From Stegostoma tigrinum (lineage: Eukaryota), in contig NC_081358.1 of the NCBI RefSeq assembly GCF_030684315.1, forward strand, positions 39,805,979 to 39,869,978: a DNA stretch of 64,000 bases, read 5' to 3'. The position numbers and the translations under genes are program-made. Positions 46,001-61,069 of this stretch are shown piece after piece. The first letter of the stretch is position 1. Every line of letters begins with the position of its first letter. The notes under the pieces were generated by a model. That model worked only from the letters and a program-made list of their open reading frames with translations, searched no databases and had not been told where the DNA came from.

Positions 46001-49000
46001 TCAGTGTAAAAATTATTCTGTAATTATCTGGCCTGTTCTCTCTGTGCCACCTTTCTGCAGCACTCTGGGCTTGGCTAAGCTGGCAGATTGCAGCACTTGT
46101 TTTGAGTGAGCGAAGCGCTTTGATGCCGGATGAGAGGAAGCCTGGCATTGATTAAGCAACTAGTCTTTTGAGTTCTATTTACCATGATTAATTCAAGCTC
46201 TCGCTGGGTATGTTTGCTTTGAGTCTGAATGTTTAACAGGAAAATAATTCACTTATTGCTCATAATGATGATTATCCATACTTTTGTTGTCTGTCGAGTC
46301 CCCTGATACTTTTCTTATTTGCAGGAGTTAAATAAAACAAGAAAATTTGAATTGTTATATATTTCTATATAATGTCAAAATAAGATTTGTTAGGTGGTAG
46401 TGACAAAGTAATATTTTGCAGAACACCAATTATTTAGCAGAATGTGATACCATTTTTTAAAAAGTAAAGATTTTGCCCATGTTTACCTTTCAAACACTTA
46501 AAATATATTTGACATATTAGATTGCTTGCTTTTATCTAATTTTGTTTTACAGATATGACCAGGCTCAAATTACCATCTTTTACAATATGTCATTAGTTTG
46601 TTTTAAAGGGGATTCTGTAGATATCCAGTTTTATGTCTTTCCAGACTGTATTTACCCTGTCTCCTATTAATGACTGCACTAGTCTGTGTCCTGTGTAAAA
46701 TGATAGAATTACTTTAGAATCAATATTAGAATGCCTGCATTGCCCTCCTTTTCTCTGCAGGGCAGATAAGCTGACAAATCATTTGCCCCACTAAGTTTGA
46801 CACTTGCAGCCTATTGCAAAAGAGAAACAGTGGTTTCTGCGCGCACATGCGCACACACATGCACACAGTGCGTGCACACTCTTTTACAGCCTGCGATTTC
46901 CTCTTAATTCTATTTGTTAACTTCATTTGTGGTTGAATTAGCTCATACCTCTCCTTTCCACTGTCACTAGTAATGGACCTTTTCTCATGTCCCATGTTGC
47001 TGTACCAGCCCAACATTGATTATATGTAATAGAGTGTAACCATTATTTTCATTTCAAGCGGTCTTATTCTCAAGTGACTACTGCCTGCTGTAACCTTTGA
47101 CTTGAGATTATTATTAGGCTGTAAGACCATTATAAATTCATTCACTTTTTCGCCCCACATACAAAGTGTCCTTCAGGAATAGCATTGCATGATATATGGG
47201 GCCGAGAGTTTTTACAACAAAGACACATTTTGAGTAGAAGGTTTAATTGAAGGTTGGTAGCCATTTGTCATTAAAGGGACATGGTAGACAAATGTAGCAC
47301 CTTGAATTTCCCTGGAGATCATGTGGTGTATGTTGGCTGTAGACCCTTATCTTTTGCATCTGCTGAATCTTTTAAAGTATATAGCTTACACTAAAACATT
47401 GATAAGTGTGGAGCAGAACAAATTGGTTTTGTGCCTTTTTTTCATGCTTGTCCCTCTCTCAAACTTGATAATTGTTGATATAAATATTGTTTCATTTTGA
47501 AATTTGCAAACTATTACCTCATGGGTAATGATCGTATTGCTTCTTGAAATGGGATAGAAACAGTTCTAATACAGTACTTGTGAATATAGTGACTGATCTT
47601 TGTGCAGACTGGACCCAAAATGGTTAATCTTTCATTCCGTCCAATTTAGACATTCGCTTTTAAACCTGGTACAATTGTACCAGTGGCACATCACTTGCAT
47701 TACTGCATCATGTTACAGTGCGGAAAGCAATGTCACAAATCTTAAAAGATAGTTGATGCATGGATGTCTTCTGTCACAAGCAATCATGCTTTTGCTTGAG
47801 AGCCAGGCCTATCGAAACTGAACTCTGCTGCTTTGCTGCAGGTCACCTTTCATGCACAATTAGTGTTGTAACAGCACTTTGGTCACAAGTTGTCGTGAAT
47901 GTTTATCATAAGAGCATCATTTTATGGAAATGCAGCAGTGATTAGTCCAGTTTCTACTTCTTTCAGCATGTCGGTGGGAGATGGCACTTGGATCTGAGTC
48001 AGAGGAACTGTTTCATTAGGCTGTTTCCATTGATTCTCAGTGGTTTAACTGCAATGAGCCTTAGGCTTTTGGATTGGGATCTAGTGTAGGAGTCCTGCCT
48101 TTGGAACCGCTGGCCCGAACTGAAATGGAGCTCCCATCATTGTCCCACTGGCATCTCATTGGAGGAGCTAAACTTCCAGTTTTTTCAGGCAGGTTTTTCT
48201 TTATGAAGCATCAGCTTATGATGATGATGAACCACATCCTTAGGTTTCAATCCTGTTGACAGCGTTAGAAACCCTATATCCATGTATCACTTTGATATAT
48301 TTCTATGCAGCTGAAAAACAAGAGGCATCAGAAAAATCAGGAAACACCCTACAATTTATCGCTAATGAATTTAAAAATTGAAAAATATAAATGAAGAGTT
48401 TACATTTTTACGGCACATTTCATTAAGTTAAGATGTCAAAGTGCTTCACAAGCAGCATGTGAAGTACTTTTGAAGTGTAGTCACTTTAAATATGGTAATA
48501 TCTACTCTATGGTAAGGAGAGGCTATAATGTGGCATAAGACAGGGATGCTGTTCTCTGGTCTGTGGCAACAGGGAGTTGAAAAATACTGTGTCAGTCTGC
48601 AGGAAGTCTTTAGAAACACCTACCGTGACTTGATAGTGCAGAATGCCATTAATACAAAGAAGGTAAATGTTCCATTTCCTCGTGCAATTATATCATAAAA
48701 GCATAAGAAACACCAGGGATAGAAAAAAACTGTTCAGCCATCGAAGCTCATCATTCTAGTACATTAACTTGTGCATCATGGCATCTAATTGTACTTTTGA
48801 ATAAACCCAATGATTCCTTTCCTCCAAAACCTTGCTTGGTATGTTATTAAAAGGTTGATAAATATCTGGAATAAATACGTTTTCCCCAATACTATCTCTA
48901 AACATGCTTTTCAGTTATCTCCATCTATAACACCATGGGCCTCATTTCTTTGTGTGCTTCAAGTTAAATCAAACTTTCTGTTCAAAACTTGCATGCACAC

Positions 49001-49744
49001 ACAAAGCATTACATTTTTGCCTTGCTGTTGTCTCATTAAGATGAATGAACTGCAAGAGCACCGACGGAATCAATCTTTGTGGATTATAGATTTATATAAT
49101 ATGAGGCCACCATATTAATTACGGTGCTACAAAACAAAAAATAAATTTGCAAATCAGTACAAAATATGTGATGTTGAAAAGTACAGTATGGTCACTTGTG
49201 GATGGTGGAGGAAACCAACACTGGTTTGTGTATTTTCCAACTTTACATTGATGGTTGTGTCATCTGATAGAGCATTTTGCAGAATTTTGTGATACTGTGT
49301 AGAACTCAAGTTGACGCATGCCATAGCTGTGAGCTGAATGGTAGGAGCTTAGGTCAATGGTAGTGCTTTAATTTAATGAACAGAATAATTTCTGTACTGT
49401 TTTGACGTTTGACTTGAGTGAGTAAAATGTAGTCTAAGAGGAATACAAGAGCTGTTTATGCTGAATTGCGAACAATTAATTTTCTGCTATGCCCGAAATC
49501 TCAAGCCCAGCATGCACAGCAGGAGATTTCCAAATTGTGCATTAATTTGGCTAAATTATTAAAAAGCTACTTTAGTACTCCTATCGTTTACTTTGCTTTT
49601 TCTACGTGAATTTAGAATTCATTCTTTATAAACTGTTTATTCCACTAATTTGAATTTGTGGCATCAAGTTGGGGTGTGATTCTTTTAATTTTTTTTTAGG
49701 TTATTTTTCTAGAGTCATCTTGGGACGATTTGCTTTAATATAAG

Positions 49745-50460
49745 AATGTAAGACATAATAATAAGGGTAGGCCATATGATCTTTTAGGCTGCTCTGCCAT
49801 CCAAATAAGACCATGGCTGATCTGATATTGGCTTCAAATCCATTTTTCTGCCTGTTCTCCATTACTCTTTTACTCCCTAGATTTCGAGAATCTCTCTGCT
49901 TTGAATGAATTTGGTGACCCAGCTCCTCAGCTCTCTGAAGTGAATTTCAAAGATTTAGCACCTTCTGAAAGAAGAATTTCCTCCTTATCTCCATTATAGG
50001 TCAGCAACCCCACTGTTTTAAACTGTGCCCCCTATTTTTAGATATTGTCACATGAGAAACATTTCTAATCATATGCCATGTAAAGCTCCCTCAGAGCATG
50101 TATACATTATACATTTCAACAAGGTCACCTCTCATTCTTAAAAAAATCTAAGTATAGGCCAACTTGCTCCTCGTTACATCATAAGTTGACCCCTTTATTC
50201 CAAGAATTAACCTAGTGAAACTTTTTCTGTTTCCAAGGCAAGTATATCTCTCCATAACTACGGAGATTAAATGTGTACACAGTACTTCAGGTGTGATGTT
50301 ACCAATCTTCACAGTGCTGTAGACAGGCTTTCCTACTTTCACACTCCATCCCTCTTGCCTTTGTTATTACTTGCTATACCTACATGCTAATCTTTTGTGA
50401 TTTATATACGTGAATGTCCTCTACCACAGCATCTTTTAGCTTCTCTCCGTTTAAACAAAC
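49745..50460 (-). mobile_element. Decayed CR1 3' part
   Basis: TAAGAATGTAAGACATA tail and GACCATGGCTGATCTG 3'UTR motif; ORF fragment FTRLILGIKGSTYD. Confidence 0.65.
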
Positions 50461-53065
50461 ATTTCAATTTACGGAAGAGCATTAAACTTCTTTTCCCTCT
50501 TTCCAAAATGAATTGGTTCATGGATGACGTTTCAGTAGGAGATGGGTAAATATTTGATGCACTGTTATTACATTATCAGAAAAGAATTAAAATTAATAAA
50601 ACCAAAATGAGAGGAAAAGAGAGAAATTTCTATTCCATGGGGTATTAAGAAAAGGTTTGCACTAAGTGTATAATTCATTTCAGGTTGGGAGTGAAGGCTG
50701 AGTTCGTGATAAATGGTTTCTCCCGAAGAAAAATTCCCATCCAAACATCAGTATTAGTTATACTTTAATTACCAGCTCTAGTAATGTCTCCTATCCATTA
50801 CTGTCTGCAAAATAGACTGTTACCAAGCAGAGGGTATGGCCTGTTTGCTCATCCATTGTAAAGTGCACCTCAATTTTTTCTCATCTTGCTGATATTCACA
50901 GCTTCCTCTTGGGAGAAATTCATGTATTTGAATACTTAAAATATTAATATTTCCCTTTACAGTCAGATCAACTCAACAGCCTGGGTAACAAAATATGTTG
51001 TCTTTTTATTTTGAATGTTGACAAATACACACTAATTTCAAATTTACACTAGTTAGATAGACACCGTGCACTTCCATTTTGCAAGAACCCACAGGCTTTG
51101 AAGCTGTTTTTTTTCTACTCGCAGCCGGATGAAAGAAAAGCTATCTAGGCTAGGTCTTTTCAAAATGTTTCAACTGACATTAGCTGCAAATGAGCAGAGA
51201 GACACTAACTACTAATTGATTACTGTAATTACGCGGTCTTTGGCTAGTTTGTATTGGCAAACTATATATACTCCTTGCATAAATTTGAACTTGCAGAATG
51301 CATAGAAAAGGTCAGTCTAATTTGCATGATAGGCTTCATTAGAATATGCTAAGGACAAGACCTAGTAGTTTGTGATTCCAGGTGATGAATAGCCACCATA
51401 ACACAGCAATAGCTGAAAGCACGTTTCAGTCTTCTTAATTTGCATACTGTTTTTTTTAGAGTACTAAGGAAAACTTGTTACCTATTAGGAGATCAACAGA
51501 TGACATTGCAGGGTAATTTTAGCCTGTTTTGCAATATGGGAATGAAAACAGTAGATTTTGTGGGAGCAAAAATCATAGTATTGAACCTTAATATCTCCTT
51601 CCCAAGTCAAAGTCTTAACAATCACACATGGGTGTGGAAAGAAGGCAGTTCATTGCTGATTTTGTTACACAACTCAGTGATATTTATCTAAAAAGTAAAC
51701 AATGCAATATGTGTATTTCAGCAAATGCAACAGTCACAATAATGCCTGCTTGTCAGTGTTGGAGGAAGCCAATAATCTCTAAGTAATTAGTTTATGTACA
51801 CTTTTAATTGAACTACCAACAAGTGTGTAGTGTCACTATGACACTCAGTTATCTGACATGATAAAGAAGAATAAGAATGTTTCTGTGTCTCTGAAAATAG
51901 CCAGTTTATAATTGGACTAATACTAGGCAGTGATGTTCAGTAACAGTTTTCAGTTTGTCACTGTGTGTAAACAAACAAAAATTAATGATTAGGTTGTTGA
52001 GTTATTGTTTTTTCCTTTCAATTAAAAAAAATGGATAGACATTACAAAGAAAATAATCTATGTCTAATTATGGTCTATTAGAAAAAGGTCACCAGCAATT
52101 GCTGATGAGTTGATGGTGTTTTTACAATTTCTATATGTCTTGGGGACGATGGTGTTGGCCTTGGGAAAGGTTGCAGTCACTGTCTCCAAAGAAGATGTTG
52201 CTGCTTCAAGCAGCTTTGTTGTGGCTTGAGGGAATGGCAGTGCAAGGATGGGATTGGATGTGAATGGATGTGTTGGAGAATGTTATAGTCTGATCCAATT
52301 AAACTCATCTTCCTCCCCAGTTCTTTTTAGAAATGCTTTGTTCTATTACAATGGTTTCATTGTTAACATAAGTTACATACATGGAAACTCTCCATTGTGT
52401 TTGAAATTCTGAAGCAGTCTTGTGATCCTGATGGTTCAATATTGTATGTTTGTGTAGTTTTTACAATATTTCCTTTGAAGCAATCAACCCTTCTTCGGAT
52501 CACCATGTTCTCCCATGCTGTTGTATTTTATTGATGTATTGATATCAACTGACTTGATTCTTTTTGGCTTTCCAGTACTATTCAAGAAATTGCCAAATTA
52601 CAAGGCAGCAATTTCACCTGAATATTGCTGAAATGAGAGACAAATTTCTGAAGATTTTCATTTAGCACTTATCAAGACAAAGGCCAGAATGCCAAATTTC
52701 AAGCAATTACAATAAATAATAGTGCTAAAGGAAAGGGGTACTGATTGGTTTGCAAGATGATTGTATTTGGCTAAAATGTTTCCATAGAGAAAACAATGGG
52801 ACTTATAAGGGTCCTATGTTTCTGAGCAATTAAAGTGCAAAGTTTGAACTTTTTTTGCAGAGAATGGGTCCCTGTGTGAAAGGACGTTACTTCTAGTAGG
52901 TATAAGTGAGCCGCATTGCAGACTAGACTCGATTTTATCTTAAATTGGTTTTAGTGCAGATACTAGCAGATGCAGTATTCATCAGCAAGTGCTGTCAGTT
53001 GTGATATCATATCTAACACTACGTATGGGGGCTTTAAGCATGGGCTGGTAAAGTATGTCCATGAG

Positions 53066-53265
53066 GATGGACAGGTCAAGGGGGGTTGGGATGAGGTTAG
53101 TAGGAAGGAAATGAGGGTGTGGCTTGAGGTGGGAGGAGGGGATAGGTGAGAGGAAGAACAGGTTATGGAGGCGGGGATGAGCTGGGCTGGTTTTGGGATG
53201 CAGTAGGGGGAGGGGAGATTTTGAAGCTTGTGAAATCCACAATGATACCATTGGGCTGCATAAGG
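53066..53265 (-). mobile_element. PLE fragment (ORF end and 3'UTR)
   Basis: Homologous to 21240-21505 (GGACAGGTCAAGG...GGGGAGATTTTGAAGCTTGTGAAATCCAC). Confidence 0.85.
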
Positions 53266-55019
53266 TTTTTGGATGGATTTCTGCCATGTGTCTTAGTTGG
53301 GTATCTTACCAGACTTTTCCCATTCACTACCTACCCGCGCATTGCTGTGGGTGCCCCACACATCTGATTCTGCCTTAGCTTGCCATACACCAATCCTGGA
53401 TCAGCTCGGCAGTTAGTGGATATCCTTGATTTCACTGGCATTCCTTGTACATTTACCATCTTTAAAAACTTATTGTGCTCCCAGCCAAGCACTGCCGGCC
53501 TGAAGCTGCTCTGCACAATTCCTGACATTTACCCCAGACACGGCAAGCAGGGAGAAGTTCTTTGTGGGCAGTGACCTGGAATCCAGGCAGGTTTTCCTCA
53601 TCCACCAGGACCAACAGCGATTGCCATGGTACCAAACCATGTAGCCCTGGTCTGAGTTGACCACCTGAGTTAAAGCAATTTTAACCACTTAGAGGAATCC
53701 CCAGTCAGAAGAAGGCCAGTGACCTCCAGTACAGCAGCACAAGTAACACCATTGCTTTCCAATAACTTGCATGCACTTTATCTTTGCCATTGTACCCAAG
53801 GTTCATGCTCTATTGCCCTCATTATTGCATGTATCATCTTCCCTCACTTGCAATTGCCCACCTCAACTGTTGACATAATTTAACCCTGCATACTTTCTGT
53901 GCTGCAGAAAGAGTCAAGACCATTCTATTCAGTTCCTTACTCCTTATGTAGAGAGCATCCTGGCTCTGACCATCCCAAGTGGCTGACTGACATCCCAAGC
54001 CCCTGGCCTAGTATTAGAGGCTATTCTCGACTTGCTGTGGCAGGACCTCGTGTAAAGGCTATCATCTTCTGAGGCTTGCTGACAACACATACAAGCTTTC
54101 TTCCTTTGTGTTTGCATTAAACGGCAAGGCAGCTGTAATATTAGTTAGGAACTCTAGCTAAGGGGGCAAAGTGCCAAAAGACAGGGCAATGCAAGCCTAT
54201 GAACAATCAGCTAGGATCAAAATGAGTGAGTGCTATGAGTAGGGAGATGTAGCTTCGTCAGTCCGTGAGATATGGTTTTGTCCCGAGTGCACAGTGTCCT
54301 TGCTGCAGTATCACAATGATAGTTGCTGATCCGACCGGAGGTGCAGCGTTGAAGTGCAGAAACATCTTGCAGCTGGATCGGAGATGTGCCTTGAGGTTTC
54401 TTAGATATTGGCACATATCAGATGCAAATTTTTGTGGACATGAAGCGCTTTGGCTAATGCCTGTGGACCTGTCCTCATACTCATGCACAGTGTCCAGCAT
54501 GGAGGCCATCTGAAGCAAGTGGCGAGCTGAATCTGTCCGTTATCTTCTTTGATTTCCATGTTGAGTTTTCTCAATATCTAGCTTGTTTGGTGCATTTGGT
54601 AACATGGAAAGGTGAATATTAATGAGGAGTTATGGGCTCTGTTTAACATTGAGAAGTCCGTCGAGGCCAGTGACTCTGACACAAATCCCATGCCACTCAG
54701 ACCCACAATAAAATGGCACTCATTATATCTAATGTGTAAAACATCACAATGATTGCTTTGAATTAAATAACATCAGTGTTGCAGGCCATTGAATTAAACC
54801 AAAAGACAGTGATTAGTTGCACAATGAGAGGAAATGACACAATAGAACCAATCCTTACGAAAATCTAACACATTAAAACAAACTGGAGTGATGATCAGTG
54901 ACAATATGATCATGATCACATCAAGACTGTGAGTAAAAATGAAAAGGAATAAAGCATATTAAATCAAGAAAAATCACACAAACTGCTTTAAGACAAGAAA
55001 GACAAAGTTGTAACTTGCA

Positions 55020-55700
55020 TTTATTACAATTAGAATAGCTTTTTATTATCACATTCACTTTAATGAGTGCAATGAAAAGCTTGTAATGTTGCTTCTCTGT
55101 GCTATCTTAGGTACAGGGTGCCTAGGTACAGACACTTTATTTGTTGTTACAGTATTGAAATACTAAACAAAAGAGTACACAGAGCTTAAAAAGTCAAGAT
55201 TGATACTACGAAGTACCTTTTTAAAGTACTCAATTTATAGTCCCTTTTTCACTGAGTCCATGCCCCTGCGGCTTCCAAACACAAGGCTGCTTCCATGTTC
55301 TGGCCTCTGTCCTGGACTCACCCCCAGGATTCATCACACCCTGGCTGGCCTGGATTTGCTCTGCTCCTGCTCTCGACTCTGACCATGACTCACTTTCGGG
55401 ATTTGCCTCCCAGGTCGACCTGGGCTTGATCTGCTCCTGCAACGGGCTTGGGCCACAACTCACTTCCCGCATTGGCCTGTTCTCCAACTTGTCTCCCACG
55501 CTGGGCTGGCCTCTGACTCTGTTCTCCATTCTCTCCAGGTAGGGTAGTTTAAGAAGTTAAAAGTTGGAGGTCGGGTGGTGGGTGGGGTGGGGGGGGGGTG
55601 CGGTGTGGTGGTGGGTGAGAAAAAAATGCAAAGAGGGAAAAAAGAAAGGAACAGTCAAACAGTGGCGCTCTGGCTGGAGTGTCTTACTCTGCCACCATCA
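55020..55700 (-). mobile_element. Unclassified non-coding element, similar layout to 41036-42125
   Basis: Minus strand starts ATGATGGTGGCAGAGTAAG, then a T-rich tract and a G-rich body, and ends GCTTTTCATTGCAC...GTGATAATAAA. Confidence 0.45.
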
Positions 55701-58700
55701 TGAGTTTCTTAAGGATCCTTCATGATCTTAGTGTGTCTCCAAGTCCTTAACAAGTACTGAAATTTTTATGTGTAGCCTCTGTCGTATTTTAGAGAAACTC
55801 AGAAGTCATTTGTGTGTGGTGAAGTATTGATGTGGAAGAATTCTTAAATCTTTGCATTATTTTGAAGTAAAATTATGAGCTCAAAAAGCTTCTAATTAAG
55901 CATTACACAAGGAATAACTACTTACAGTTTGGAATTTGTTGAGAGGGTAAGCTGCAATACATAGCCTAATAAACGTGGACAAGAAGCTTTCAACAGAAAG
56001 ACATAGCCAAATCCTAATTCAGGGTGTAGGAAGCCAGCATGAGAGAGGCGCCAAAGACAAGAGCAGTGACATGTCCTGAACAAGCCCTATACATCGATTT
56101 AAAACACTTAAAGCCACCTGAGGGGGCTTAAGTACCTTTTTTCAGTTTTCTAGCTTTTTGTCTTGGTACATCTAATGGCTTGTTTTGAAACTAGATGGCT
56201 GAAAGTGTCAAACAGAGTAACGGGAAAAAGAACCTTGTGACCGTCACATAAATGCATTTTGAAAAATATACTATTGAATGCCTGCAAGAAAACATTGTCA
56301 AAGTGTTGCAGTGAGAAAGAAAGCATTATGGCAAATTGCAGTGTCTTTAGCGTAAAAATGTGTTTTTTTAAAGCTGCTTTTAGCTCTGAAGTTTGGATGT
56401 TTTATTTCTTTGTGCTGTGTTAAAATGTGTTAAATAAATTAGAATCAAGGAGTATGTATTCTGTGTTCACAGCAGCATTTACACACTCCTATTCTGTTCT
56501 CCTCATGCCAGAAAAATCTTGGGTTTTTATTGACTTTCAAAATCTTCTCCATCAAACATTGCTCATATTTTTAGTTTAACATTTACTTTTTTTTGTTGTA
56601 AAGGGCAGTGATGTCCAGCTGACATGATCTGTTTTAACAGCAAAATGCTTTCGGGTTTATATTTCTGGACTTGCAAGTTCTAGTCAGCCTTGCAGGCTGC
56701 AAAACAATTCACACAACATTTGGTTCTTTGATCCCTCTATTTTTACTCGCTTGGTTTGAGGTGGTTTTGGTATGCTTTGCCCTTGTTTCTTTTCATGTAT
56801 ATAGCCATTAAAAATAGGCAAATTGAGCACTTCACCAGACAAGTAAAGCTTCGAAAGCAATGAAAATTTCAAATCTGCTTTTAAGGCCTTGAAGTCAAAC
56901 ATGTTCAGTCGTCTTTAAGAATATTATGACTAATTTATTCAGACAAAGTTGATTTACAATACTACTGTGTAACCATGAGCAATAATGTCACTTTGTTAAA
57001 CTAAAAACTGTTGCCATTTACTTAAACAACATTACATGCATACAATAGTCACAGGACAGTGCATACTCTCTGACATTTGAATCCTAGAAGTCTCTGGTTG
57101 GCCAACTATTGATAGAACTATAAGAACCAGTATATCAATTTATTCCACAGATTTCAGCTAAATGTAATAATGATTGGTTTACGATCAATTATTTTATATA
57201 CAATAGAAAGATATGGTGGCACCATTCACCTGCTCCATCTGTACACCTGTAAGTCAAGATGCATCCTTTGAAACACTTTAAAATGCATTCAGAAATGAGA
57301 TTTTCACTGCAACATTTCCCATCAGTTTCCTGAACGGCTTTCAGGAATGTTAATGTACTAATTTGATTGTCTCCTTAAACTTATCAGGACCATTGTTTTA
57401 AATGCAAGCTATGTCAAATAATTCTGTTTATCCTTAATATGGATTTGTGGTCTTATTCACTTTAGTTGTGACTTTTATTAATTTTTAAGATTTAAAAAAA
57501 TTTATGCAATGAATTCGATGAAACTTTCAAGCCATTACGTGAAAAGATAACTCCAGATATAACATGCATGCAGCTGTTATCAACTGATGCAAATACAGTG
57601 CACTTTGACTAAAAGAATCACCAAATCTTTAAAGACAGGGCTACAGACAATACAATCAGACCAAAAAAAAGAATAAAACTGGCTTCCGTAGTGGCTCAGC
57701 ACAAAATTTGGTATAGAGACATACAAGATGCAGGATCTGTGTTGACTTAATTGACCTCAACCAGAGTCTGAATGAGTGTGCTACATCTGGCCTTGATCTG
57801 TTGGAAAGGGAGGTATTGGTCAAAGTACCCATTTGTCATTACTGTTCATTGTTTTTCAAGTTGGTTGTAATTCTTTGTGATAGTTCTCTTTAATTTTATA
57901 GATAAAAGTATTAACCCTGATGTTGAAACTCCATCATTGTGAAGCGTCAATGGATGTTTCAGTAAGCTTTGAGTCAGCAAGAATGTGGCTAATTTCAATA
58001 TTTGGAAAGCAAACGTATGCAGATTTAACGACCGGGGACATGACAACCTTTGAGAAATCATACAAATCTAGCTTAACACCACGGTGGTGTAATGCCGCTT
58101 CCAATCCACATTCTGAATTCTAAAAAGATACAGCAACATACTTTTGATTTCTCTTTGCCTAGAGTAGACAATCTGTATATTCAAAAGCAATCAAAATACC
58201 ATGCAGGTCTAACAAGTTGTTCAGCAACTCCGTCAATGGATATTTCTCATTATGCTAGTTGTCACCCTTCCTTACCCAACATTAGTGTGGTTATACATTA
58301 AAGTTCAGTAATTGAGGCAAAAAGTAGTGCCGCATTTTGCTGAGTATTTTTTCTCTCAACAGTTTCTTGTTTTCTTAAAATTTGCCAGCTGCATAATCTG
58401 TTTTCCTGGAAATCCCTGTATGCACTCAGAAAGAGTCACAGTGGTAAATGGCATTGAAGAACAATGATCTAACTGAAGGACAGACTGGTTAGAGGAGTCA
58501 AAAGTCTATTCCTTTACTTTGTTTCAACTCTTCATGTGTGGTGCTTTTGCCTTTTGTGAGGTTCAGTCCAATCTCTTTTCTCTGACTGCCACAAGCACAC
58601 TTTTTCAATGCAAATCACTACTTCAGAATTAGGATTCAGAGCTCCATGACTCTAACTCAAGCATGTGCAACACTGCAGTCATTGTCCAGTTGTGCTTAGT

Positions 58701-61069
58701 CAACTCAGTGTAAATGGGAATGTAATTAAGATTATGTCTGAAACAATGGAGAGGGCCACATGCATTGGTAGAGTGAGAAATATTTGTAGCACTCAAGCAG
58801 AATTCCTGTGAATCTGAAGTTTGGAGCATGTTATAGAATTGAGATGGCTCCAAGATGACATCTCCTGGTGTTATCGGATGCGGGCTCAGTACTCTAATAA
58901 CTGAGACACTAGGTCTGTAGTATGCCCGGGTATAGATTCAGATTGACCATTCAACATGGCTTACTGAATGGAATCTTGAGAGTAGTTTTAAGTGCACTAT
59001 GTATTGGCTAAGTAGCAATTCTACGTCCTATATTTCTCTGTAGCTTGTTTTGGATGCATAAGAGTGAGGTGCTTTATGCATCGTATAACTCAATTAAATC
59101 AAAACGCCAAACAACAATAAAATTTAAAAGCACCACTTTATTATATTGACATGTGGCATAGTTTAAATAAAACCCTCCACCCACTTCTAAACATGTTGAG
59201 ATTTTAGCCAAACTGCAGAAGCCATTTTCTCTTGCTCATAGCCAGTTAGGTGTCAGATATGTGGGAAAGCTTTCTATTTGTCTGATAACTTGTTTGATTT
59301 CATGTATCATGTGATTTTTGTATATGTTACAAATTGCCAAACAATTACATCTATTAAAATGTAAGCATCTTGCAAAGTGCCCAGGTCTGAAAACAGTAGA
59401 GCTATCTTGTACTAAAACTAATTTATGTTGGAGCGGTTGCTTTAAACATCAGTCTGTTTTAGTTTAGCTTGACATTTTCATGTCTGTGCGCACTTTCTTT
59501 TCATGATATTTTGACTGCTTTTGAATGATGCCCATAGCCGCCTTGATCACATTTCCCCAAGGAGATATTTGTGAGCATTGCTCACATTGCTTGTTTGCCA
59601 GGATATACATACAGTATATTACATTAATATCCATAAAGCGCAGCTTGAGAACAAAAATATGCAATCCACTTTTGGAAAATATCATTGCTGACAGTGCACA
59701 ACACTATAATTTATTTATTTTCGCTCCGAGAGACCTTTTAATTTGAGAAAATTTTGTTAACCAAATTAATGAAAGTAGAATATGTCAGATAAAATGTTAT
59801 CTTATTATAATAACTCTTTTCTTTGAACAGAAATTAAGACAACTTTGTACATTTTAATATTGCACTAAAGAGCCAATGCTTTTAAGCAATAACAAATTAA
59901 ACTGCTAGAATTTGCAACACAAACCCTTTGTAAAAATAATAGTAATTTAAGAAAGATGTAAAAATTCTGAAGTTTGAGCCTTTTTAAAAAAAAATTCTTA
60001 ATGTATGGACATTGCTGCCTAAGCCAATATTTGCTGCCCAAATCCTGATAGCCCTTGAGAAAACAGTGGTGGGTCACCTCCCTTGAACCTCTGAAAATCC
60101 ATGTGGTGTAGGTCCCTCCACAGTTCCAGTGGGGAAGGAGTTCTAGGTCTGGATTATAAAATGACTTAGCCACAGTAAGTAGTGTTAATTTTGTAACGAG
60201 TTTTGTCATGGAGTTAGATGAGTTTAAATGTACTCCAGGAAGTTTGTTCTGGGTGTTTTGGAAAAGGATGTGATTTACATATAAAAAATTGCTGAAACGT
60301 TAAATTGGCATTATTCTGGGTGTGATCAATAGTATTAAGTGAATTTGGGCAAATGGTTGAAAATACATTTCTGTGCAGAGACAGAGGTGTGGTAGTGCAC
60401 AAGAACTTGAAACATAAATGTATGTGTGCTTATTAGAAAAGATAAAACAGTACAAGACACTTGATACAGCTTCTGTAAAGCAAGATATGACATTGAGCTG
60501 CAAAGTACATTAGTGTGGGGACAAAATGTTTGGCCAAAGAGGACCGCAAGGTAAGGACATAATTCTAGGATAAGGTGTTCTAGAACCTTGGTAGATGAAG
60601 ATATAGTTGCTAATCGTGGAGAAATTAAAATACTTATGAGACCAGAATTAGATAAGCACAGGTATCCTGAGGGTTGTGGTCAGGCGGAGGTCACTGTGAA
60701 GCCATGGAGTAGTTTGAAAACAAAAATAGGTGAACATTTTAAAATCTGGGTGGTGTTTAACCAAAAGTCAGTGTACGTATGTAAACATTGCTCTCAGATG
60801 GCTAAACAGGATTTAGTCTATGTTGGGATTTAGGTAGTAGGGTTTTGAATGGTCTTGAATTCACAGTAGATGCAAGATTGGTATCTGGCTGGGAGTGCTT
60901 TCGAACAGTCAGGCATAGAGGTAATGTAGGTATGCTGGAGGGTTTCAAGAGCTGATCAGGTGAGGCACTTTTATTGATCTTTGTTTTCCTGAATTCATCC
61001 ACATGTGGCTGTATCCTGAGATGTTTAAGCTTCTGAACTCTCTGGAATTCTGTTGATAAAGACCTTAAA

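Noticed and set aside
52080-52990. Possible very old PLE or other repeat remnants (also 7960-8230, 38000-38560)
   Set aside because: Too decayed to assign from sequence alone.
53280-54540. Possible Harbinger/Myb-like DNA transposon remnant
   Set aside because: Composition suggests an old repeat, but I could not read a diagnostic motif or TIR.
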